From: a virus
Taxonomy: Duplodnaviria; Caudoviricetes
Length of the DNA stretch: 32,420 bases
Reading direction: 5' to 3' (one strand)
Virus record (IMG/VR): IMGVR_UViG_3300034682_000194
Span: 1-32,420 of that record
This document shows, piece after piece, positions 26,192 to 32,420 of this stretch. Under the pieces are notes generated by a model. It worked only from the letters and a program-made list of their open reading frames with translations. It did not search any database and was not told the origin of the DNA. The position numbers and the translations under genes were made by a program. Each line of letters starts with the position of its first letter. The stretch's first letter is position 1.

Positions 26192-26481
26192 GGGCCTGTG
26201 TCCTGTTTGCATACTTGAGCCTCCCGCCACTTGCGGTATCGCTGCACATCCGTATCGCATAACTTGATATCGGTGATTAATTGCAGGGTGTACTGCAAAT
26301 GATCGTGGTTTGTTCTGCCATTAAAGGGCCGCAGTGCGCAGCCCGATTGTAGAAAGTTTGACGGTGGCAACACCGTCACTGTCTTTGTTACTGTTATCGT
26401 ACGCACTTCGACTGGCTTGGTAGAGCAACTGGCCAGCAGCATCAGGCAAAGCAGCGTTAGCCCACGCACGAGTAGGATCAT
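26176..26481 (-). CDS. o-spanin (Rz1-like lipoprotein)
   Basis: Lipobox LLASC, Pro-containing segment, C..D...YRKW; overlaps the Rz 3' end. Confidence 0.85.
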   Translation of the reverse strand: MILLVRGLTLLCLMLLASCSTKPVEVRTITVTKTVTVLPPSNFLQSGCALRPFNGRTNHDHLQYTLQLITDIKLCDTDVQRYRKWREAQVCKQDTGPCQNK

Positions 26482-26806
26482 GTTCGGATACCTTCAGTTC
26501 GTTACTATTAATCATCACAGCCTGGTGCTGTTCGTTGATCTGGGTTTCTGATTGCTGGTGCTCTGTATTCAGGCCAGCAACCAGTAACTGCTCATCTACT
26601 ACAGCCTGAGCCTGGTCGTTCAGGTTCTTAACTTCAGAGGCAAGAGCATCTAATTCCAGTTGTTTGTTGGCTAAATCGCCAGCGTGTTTAGTTACTAAGT
26701 TGGTTTGAGTAGTCAGCTCTGAGTCAAGCGACCAAACCGTTAAACCTAAACCAGCCATGGCTATGGCGGCACCTATTAATAAAGCACCAGTTAAACTAAT
26801 TTTCAT
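26321..26806 (-). CDS. i-spanin (Rz-like)
   Basis: N-terminal TM, coiled coil, WANAALPD motif; ATGA overlap with the endolysin stop. Confidence 0.8.
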   Translation of the reverse strand: MKISLTGALLIGAAIAMAGLGLTVWSLDSELTTQTNLVTKHAGDLANKQLELDALASEVKNLNDQAQAVVDEQLLVAGLNTEHQQSETQINEQHQAVMINSNELKVSEHDPTRAWANAALPDAAGQLLYQASRSAYDNSNKDSDGVATVKLSTIGLRTAAL

Positions 26807-27285
26807 TGCTGTAAATCCTTGAGGCACATCTTTCGCTCAGCTGCACGGCGTGTGCGTAATCCGTTGGACTCCTTGCCTTTGATGTAAATCCAGCGCATCA
26901 GCTGGTTGCATGCAGACACCCGAAAACCTTCATTCAGGTTTCCCAGCATCGTTGATTTGCGGAACTGGCCTATGCCAACGTTGTAGACGAACGACAGGTA
27001 AGCCGCGTGCTCACCTTCTGATAACGGCACTTTAACGGCAGCTAACAATTGCTTGTTGTGCTCTACAAGATCACTGGCCAACTGCTGCAGACATTGGTCA
27101 TCACTAAACTTCATGCCTGGCTTTAGCTCTTTACCTGTGTGGCCCCAACAGCTGGTTAGGATGTTGGCCGGGTCTAAATAGACCTCGTTCACTTTTCCCT
27201 CATGCGGCGCAACAAGCACAGCACCTGACAGAGCAACAGCGCCACTGATACCAGCGGCTAACAATGCAGCTTTCAGGCTTTTCAT
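26803..27285 (-). CDS. Endolysin, GH24 lysozyme with SAR-like N-terminus
   Basis: Ala/Gly-rich weakly hydrophobic N-terminus, then HEG...YLDPANILTSCWGHT (E-x8-D-x5-T triad), SFVYNVG, GL..RR..E. Confidence 0.93.
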   Translation of the reverse strand: MKSLKAALLAAGISGAVALSGAVLVAPHEGKVNEVYLDPANILTSCWGHTGKELKPGMKFSDDQCLQQLASDLVEHNKQLLAAVKVPLSEGEHAAYLSFVYNVGIGQFRKSTMLGNLNEGFRVSACNQLMRWIYIKGKESNGLRTRRAAERKMCLKDLQQ

Positions 27286-27297
27286 GGCATCCACCAA

Positions 27298-27385
27298 TAA
27301 AAAAGCCCCAGGCAAACGCATGGGGCGAAATCAACAGGCTAACTGAAATTGGGAGAACAAAAAACCCGCCTTTTGAGCGGGTTCC
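27298..27385 (-). terminator. Two tandem intrinsic terminators upstream of lysis genes (tR'-like)
   Basis: Minus-strand hairpins AACCCGC-TCAAAAG-GCGGGTT+T-run (about 27359-27383) and GCCCCA...TGGGGC+T-run (about 27299-27326). Confidence 0.65.
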
Positions 27386-27571
27386 TACTGAGTCATTTCC
27401 GACCAGCTTAGATAAAAGTAACCGATTATGACTGCTAAAAACAGGCAAACATTTTCACATATCTATAATTCCAACCTAAGCTAACCACAATAGTAGAGCA
27501 GCTAACAGTGAACTCCGGAAATAACTCTCAATGCAGAAATACATAGCATCAACTGCCTTGGCTTAACAACC

Positions 27572-28105
27572 CTACTTTCCAGCTTGCTTTAAATTTAGTA
27601 TTTTCTCAAATGCCTCAGCAAAGTCATCGTTGTAACAAATATCAGCTAGAACACTATTTTGAAGACCGTTGAGATCTCTACTCAATTTCCAAACCATCTC
27701 GATTGGCACTTCATCTATTACCTTCTTGAGTTGACCTCTTTGCGAATCCCGATGCTGTCTCATCACTCCATCTTTTGGGTCAACCCATGCCACAGCACAA
27801 TGCATGAACCTGTTTCTCTGAATTCTCAATTCATCGAATTCAGTTAAAAACTTTTTAATTCGGAGATTAAGAATCTCATTAGTAACATTTAAATCTGTCA
27901 GCGCTAAAAGTAAATTTTTACGAGCGTCGGCATTCAGAGGTAAATAGATCGCCTCGGCTGTTTCTCTTGAGGTCCCTGCTAGCTTTTCGAGGAGTGCACA
28001 CATATTTCTTTCAAGATGACTCCAACGCATCGCTATCCAGCCAAAGTGTTTAGCGTACTCATCCATATGTTGCCAGAAATCTTCTGGGGTTTGCTTGCTT
28101 TGCAT
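27572..28105 (-). CDS. Moron, HEPN-like helical protein
   Basis: 177 aa, AT-rich; G.I...WSHLE helix and RNRFMH (R-x4-H); GAGG RBS. Confidence 0.65.
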   Translation of the reverse strand: MQSKQTPEDFWQHMDEYAKHFGWIAMRWSHLERNMCALLEKLAGTSRETAEAIYLPLNADARKNLLLALTDLNVTNEILNLRIKKFLTEFDELRIQRNRFMHCAVAWVDPKDGVMRQHRDSQRGQLKKVIDEVPIEMVWKLSRDLNGLQNSVLADICYNDDFAEAFEKILNLKQAGK

Positions 28106-28247
28106 CAGGACCTCACTAAATATTTTAAACTTAAGAAAAGTGCTTAGAATTGTCCATTATTGCCCTACTATCGTAGCAGCTCGTTATGGACCGCGAGAGG
28201 CTATTCAACTCACACAAAAAGTACCCGCAACGGAAACACGTTACTTG

Positions 28248-28586
28248 TTAACATAATTGGCTAAATTTTAACTCCGCCATCACTAAAGACTTTTTCAAAG
28301 CACTGGTAGGAACACGGCCTTTTATGTACTGTTGATTAATAACACACTTCTCAGCAGTAGTTAATAGTGAAACAGTGCGATCTACTGCGTCAACCCAATC
28401 AGGCACATGCATAGACTCACTCAAATGGTTAAACAAATGCTTAGTCGACTTACCTGCCGGCCCTAAAAGCCCCGTTTGCATCATATGATAGGTTATAGAA
28501 GTTGATCCGTATCCTGTGCCGTATTCCTTACTTCGCCAGAATTTTCCCCACGCCCTGAGTAGGGCCTGTGCTTCTTTGAGTGTCAT
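28248..28586 (-). CDS. Late antiterminator Q-like protein
   Basis: LLRAWGKFW...GYG...VD..V..L...EK.VI..QY; position upstream of terminators and lysis genes. Confidence 0.7.
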   Translation of the reverse strand: MTLKEAQALLRAWGKFWRSKEYGTGYGSTSITYHMMQTGLLGPAGKSTKHLFNHLSESMHVPDWVDAVDRTVSLLTTAEKCVINQQYIKGRVPTSALKKSLVMAELKFSQLC

Positions 28587-28834
28587 GCTGCCACCTGTTT
28601 TTCTTTTTCATCAAGCGCCATATTGATTGCGTTTATCAATTCGACCCTGCAGACAGTTTCACAAATAGCCTGCACGGTACCAAATGTTGGTTCGCTGTGC
28701 TTGTTTTCCCAGTTTTTGATAGTTCTGGAAGTCACGCCATAAAGTTCAGCAACACACTCTTGTGTTAAACCTCTGTACTTCCTGGCGGCACGGATGATCG
28801 AACCACCATGCAAGTTGGCCCGTTCTTTAACCAT
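28583..28834 (-). CDS. XRE/Cro-like HTH protein
   Basis: IIRAARKYRGLTQECVAELYGVTSRTIKNWEN..SEP. Confidence 0.85.
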   Translation of the reverse strand: MVKERANLHGGSIIRAARKYRGLTQECVAELYGVTSRTIKNWENKHSEPTFGTVQAICETVCRVELINAINMALDEKEKQVAA

Positions 28835-29120
28835 GGCGCTTAACCCTCGCCTGGTACCAACGATAAAACAGGATGCTGGCAACAATACCAATTGAGCCAC
28901 CCCAACCACTGACAAACATCGCCAGATCAGCATCTACTGTCGTTGCTGATATCCGGGCAAACAGGAACTGGCACCAGGTGATACCCCAGCTGATGGTAAA
29001 GGCCTGTGCTATTTTCTGATCACGAACAAATTGGCTGCTTAAACCTAACAGGAACACATTGCCGAACGTCGCAACGAAGAGCAGGGCCAGCTGCAGATCA
29101 ATTGCCAGTGAAAATGCCAC
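28827..29120 (-). CDS. Hypothetical phage membrane protein
   Basis: About 3 hydrophobic segments; GGAGG RBS before GTG at 29120. Confidence 0.7.
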   Translation of the reverse strand: MAFSLAIDLQLALLFVATFGNVFLLGLSSQFVRDQKIAQAFTISWGITWCQFLFARISATTVDADLAMFVSGWGGSIGIVASILFYRWYQARVKRHG

Positions 29121-29568
29121 TGATACCTCCTTTCGGCTGACCATACAGCGCTATCATCGCCGCATCGCGATTATCAGCATTACTTTTGCCATGCCAACCA
29201 GTTAGCCGGTTAAACGCATCTGACTTATACCGTTTACCACTTCTGGCGCCCTGTAATGGCAAAACCATTTCAACGGTGAAACCTGCAGCGTTCAGGTCCT
29301 TCAACAGCAATTCAGCAGCATGCTTAACTGCACCGATGTTCTGTGCAATTTTCATCATCTGGTTGCGGCTTTGCCCTGGGCGATGGATTACTGGTTTAAA
29401 TGCGTTGATATCTTCCAGCTTAATGCGTAACTGGTTCTGGCCTGACAGGTCGCTCAAGAGCTCTATCAGCGACTTGTTGCCCAACGTGTAAAGCCGCTGA
29501 ATGATGCCGTCCTTTACTACAGCAACACCGTGCTTTTTGGTGTCCGGATCAATACCTACAACCAGCAT
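29098..29568 (-). CDS. RuvC-like Holliday junction resolvase
   Basis: VVGIDPD...GVA, LED, NIG.V, NAD.RDAAMIA (RNase H fold acidic residues). Confidence 0.8.
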   Translation of the reverse strand: MLVVGIDPDTKKHGVAVVKDGIIQRLYTLGNKSLIELLSDLSGQNQLRIKLEDINAFKPVIHRPGQSRNQMMKIAQNIGAVKHAAELLLKDLNAAGFTVEMVLPLQGARSGKRYKSDAFNRLTGWHGKSNADNRDAAMIALYGQPKGGISGIFTGN

Positions 29569-29771
29569 TACTTACTCCCTGCAGCTGCTTTGAATGCTTT
29601 CTCAACGTCCACATGCCATTCACCAACCAGAACAGACGCACCTGTGTCCAGGTGGATTTCGGTACCGTAATAACCGTTGGACTCATACTTGATCCAATGG
29701 GTGATACGCTCAGCAATGACGGTGACCGGACTACCTCGTACACCATAACCTTTGAATGATAAAGGTGTCAT
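29568..29771 (-). CDS. Small hypothetical phage protein
   Basis: 67 aa from ATG 29771 with GGGG RBS, abutting the resolvase start. Confidence 0.6.
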   Translation of the reverse strand: MTPLSFKGYGVRGSPVTVIAERITHWIKYESNGYYGTEIHLDTGASVLVGEWHVDVEKAFKAAAGSK

Positions 29772-29850
29772 ATTTACCCCTTTTTGCTTAGCTGCATGTT
29801 TCCACAGCTGAAAAATCTGAATTCTCTGGAACGCTTGCCAGCAAAGGCCG

Positions 29851-31065
29851 TTAAGCATTCACCGCTTTTTTCAATGCCTGCACTGTGCCTACATTTAAAC
29901 CCTGTTTTATCAGCCAATCGTGGTACACGTTCACCGCCTTTAACCGCTCGGATAAAGCCTCGGTTTTGATGTACACCGCATCCAATCCTTTGGGCTTATG
30001 GTTCAGCAGGCGCTCGGCCATCCAGTAATCAATGCCCAACTCTGCCCAAGCTGAACGAGCCATTTTGCGTAAATCGTGGGCCGACCATTTGCCCTTACTC
30101 ACCAGCTGAATATGCTTTTGCGCTGCCTGGCTACTGATTGCCTCGGTACCAGCAGGGAATAGAAAATCGGAATAAATACCGAACGACTCGCGAACAGTCC
30201 TGAACTTATCCAGAAACTCTTTGGCCAGTAAAGTAATGGGCAGTACATGAGTTACATCGGTCTTTGTGATCTCAGCGGGTATTGCCAGCATGCCTGCAGT
30301 AAAATCGATATAGGACCAGCGTAATTGCCGGGTCTCACCAATGCGGGTACCAAACAGCAGCATTAGCCACACCAGCGCCCAACCATCCACGGCAGCACGT
30401 TGCAACTGCTCCCACACCAGCGGCAAACTGGTGACACGCAACCGGCTTTCCTTCGGCTTGATCCGCTTCGTTACATGGTCAACAAACTTCATTCCCGCCA
30501 TATAGTCAGCCGACAGCAACTCAAGCTTTGCAGCCAGCTTTACGGCCGTCTTTAAGGTTCCCCAATACTTGCGCATCGTTGACGGTTTTAAATCAGAGTT
30601 AACCAAAGGCAGGATCAGCTGAGTATCAAGCACCGCTTTAGTCAACTGGCCAACAGGCAAAGTGCCAAGCAGCGGCATTAAATGAGCGTCAATCGCACTT
30701 TCTACCGCTCTGCGCCATTCTGGTGATTTCGTAACTTCCTTGGCCGTTCTGTCGCGGTACCACTCCAGCAACTGACCAACAGTTTCAAAGGTGCCTGTTT
30801 TCACTGTCTGGCCAGCAGTTAACTTGCTCAGTAAGTCCGGTACCATTGCCACTACATCTTTGGTTTTCAGTGTCGGCCAGTAGCCAAGGCGGTGGCGGAT
30901 CTTAATCCGGTTTTGGTACTGCACCAGATACCAGGTGGCCTTTTGACGGCCAGAACGGTAACGAAGGGCAAGCGGCTGACGCTGATCACGCAGTTCACTC
31001 ACATCAGCATCAGCTGCATGTCTGGTTATTGCAGCATCGGATATCACAACGGACAGTGACTGCAT
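29851..31065 (-). CDS. Tyrosine recombinase/integrase-family protein within the replication-nin region
   Basis: Arm-binding-like N-terminus (LGYWP), GTRIGE (R), ITKT (K), HDLR, LLNH, AVY: complete catalytic set. Confidence 0.9.
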   Translation of the reverse strand: MQSLSVVISDAAITRHAADADVSELRDQRQPLALRYRSGRQKATWYLVQYQNRIKIRHRLGYWPTLKTKDVVAMVPDLLSKLTAGQTVKTGTFETVGQLLEWYRDRTAKEVTKSPEWRRAVESAIDAHLMPLLGTLPVGQLTKAVLDTQLILPLVNSDLKPSTMRKYWGTLKTAVKLAAKLELLSADYMAGMKFVDHVTKRIKPKESRLRVTSLPLVWEQLQRAAVDGWALVWLMLLFGTRIGETRQLRWSYIDFTAGMLAIPAEITKTDVTHVLPITLLAKEFLDKFRTVRESFGIYSDFLFPAGTEAISSQAAQKHIQLVSKGKWSAHDLRKMARSAWAELGIDYWMAERLLNHKPKGLDAVYIKTEALSERLKAVNVYHDWLIKQGLNVGTVQALKKAVNA

Positions 31066-31073
31066 GGCTACCC

Positions 31074-31841
31074 TCACTTACCAGCTGGCTTGTTTGTGCG
31101 GTAACTCGGCCAGTAGCACTGAACCAGGTAAATGCTTTCACACAGCCGGTCATTGATCCTGTCGCCAACAAAAGACGCAAATTCCTCTACAGCAAGGTTC
31201 GTTAAAACAATGGTCGGTTTACGTTTTACTGTTCGATGGTCAATCACGGCGTTTACTATCTTCGCGTCATGATCCTGAGTACTGCCAAGCTCTATTTCAT
31301 CGAGAACCAGTAAGTCAAAGTCAGAAAACGCACGTAGCGCTTCCTCTTCAGTCATTTTGCTGGACGAACGGCGGCAAGCTCTCACCCGCATTTGTATTTC
31401 CATGGCAGTGGCAACAACAGCACTACGCCCCATAGCAATCAGGCCATTGCAGATCGCAGAGGCTAAATGGTTTTTACCTGTGCCTGTTGTACCGCTGAAA
31501 ACCATATTGCGGACGGATCCGAAGGTGCCAAAATTCGCCAAATAATCACGGCACTTAGCAACCGCTTCAGTCTGGCCATCGTGATAGATGAAATAGTTTT
31601 CAAAGCTGGACGTCAGGTAAATATCCTGAACGCCGCTGCGCTTCATCAACTGGCTGATCAGCCGAGCTTTTTGTTCAATTTCGGCCCTGCGCTTAATCTC
31701 TAAGTTGTCAGCTTTTGCCTGTGCAGCCAGCCATGACTCGTAGTTATTGGCATTAAACGCTTGAACACCTTTCGCATTACCCTTGATCCTTGAGAGCAAA
31801 GAGTTAGGAATTAATTCAGACACAGATTTACGAGTTGCCAT
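31074..31841 (-). CDS. DnaC/IstB-like helicase loader ATPase
   Basis: SFENY, GTTGTGKNHLA (Walker A), LLVLDE (Walker B), TIVLTNL, GDRINDRL, WPSYR; GGAGG RBS. Confidence 0.92.
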   Translation of the reverse strand: MATRKSVSELIPNSLLSRIKGNAKGVQAFNANNYESWLAAQAKADNLEIKRRAEIEQKARLISQLMKRSGVQDIYLTSSFENYFIYHDGQTEAVAKCRDYLANFGTFGSVRNMVFSGTTGTGKNHLASAICNGLIAMGRSAVVATAMEIQMRVRACRRSSSKMTEEEALRAFSDFDLLVLDEIELGSTQDHDAKIVNAVIDHRTVKRKPTIVLTNLAVEEFASFVGDRINDRLCESIYLVQCYWPSYRTNKPAGK

Positions 31842-32420
31842 TGCAGCCTCCCCGAACACCATCACCTTTTGAACGATAAATATCACCCCAATCCTCGGCC
31901 GTCATAACTGATCCGGTAGAGCCCTGAGTGATCCCGTGCTGTCCATTAGTCAAACCGTTGCGTCTGCTGTTGTGCAAAGCTGCAATGCGGCCCCAGTGCT
32001 TCCGCAGTGCGGCAGGGCTTTGAATGTTCGCTTTCCAAAAGTCATCCGTATGAGCGATTTTGAACAGAACGGCTATGTGTTCAGGGGCACGTTTGTCTTG
32101 CTGTCGCATCAGCCGTATTTCATTGGCCCATGCCGCTAAGTTAGGCGCACGGTAGTGATCGCCTAGGGTGCTCTGAAGAACGGGTAAGATTGCATTCACT
32201 GTATCCAGATCAACTTGCTCACCCCAGTTCTTTCCAGCCTGGATAACAGCCCCTTCCCTTAAAGTTGGGTCGTCCGCCATCGGCGGCGACTTCCCTTCTT
32301 TAGAAGTTGTATTTAGTAAGTTGTCTTTATTGTTTTCTTTAGTGCTGGAACTACAGTTCCGCGAATCCGGAACCGTTGTTCCACCTTCAAGGAACCGTTG
32401 TTCCGTCTCTGTGGAACCGT
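31828..32420 (-). CDS. Phage replication initiator (O-like), 5' end outside window
   Basis: Frame open from the window edge (GSTETEQRF...TKENNKDN...) into WANEIRLMRQQD...DDFWKANIQSPAALRKHW. Confidence 0.85.
   Translation of the reverse strand, partial: GSTETEQRFLEGGTTVPDSRNCSSSTKENNKDNLLNTTSKEGKSPPMADDPTLREGAVIQAGKNWGEQVDLDTVNAILPVLQSTLGDHYRAPNLAAWANEIRLMRQQDKRAPEHIAVLFKIAHTDDFWKANIQSPAALRKHWGRIAALHNSRRNGLTNGQHGITQGSTGSVMTAEDWGDIYRSKGDGVRGGCNGNS
32347..32420. repeat. Replication-origin iterons GGAAC-N4-GTTCC, 22-bp period
   Basis: Copies at 32347, 32369, 32391 and 32413 (partial), next to an AT-rich tract at about 32297-32341, inside the initiator gene. Confidence 0.85.

Larger units (their letters stand above)
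3090..32420 (-). mobile_element. Lambda-like (siphovirus) prophage, continues past the right window edge; left boundary uncertain (about 1.9 or 3.1 kb)
   Basis: Syntenic lambda-type head, tail, lysis and replication genes with cos-like site and iterons. Confidence 0.95.

Noticed and set aside
27400-27480. Late promoter pR'
   Set aside because: Expected here by synteny, but I could not find a -35/-10 pair with convincing spacing.

Overview
Gammaproteobacterial chromosome (Alteromonadales/Rheinheimera-like by impression only). Bases 1-1755 hold the 5' 585 codons of host thrS (minus strand), preceded by its two tRNA-Thr-anticodon-mimic operator hairpins. Most of the rest is a lambda-like prophage transcribed on the minus strand. 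In reading order it runs: replication initiator with iterons, DnaC-like loader, an internal tyrosine recombinase, RuvC-like resolvase, Q, lysis cassette (endolysin, Rz, Rz1, then holin), cos, Nu1/A terminase, W-B-C/Nu3-D-E-FI-FII-Z-U-V-G/T, tape measure, a DUF1833/NlpC/TipJ tip and a beta-helix tailspike. The most interesting part is the accessory end (about 2-6.3 kb). A LexA box sits between a small unknown gene and a SRAP/YedK gene. SRAP is followed by a stacked series: HNH nuclease, a decayed second SRAP 3' end, then a Zn-ribbon/beta-domain/HEPN protein. This suggests a SRAP-anchored cargo (candidate anti-phage) hotspot. A second HEPN-like moron lies between Q and the lysis genes. All family calls come from motif recognition by eye, not from database searches.
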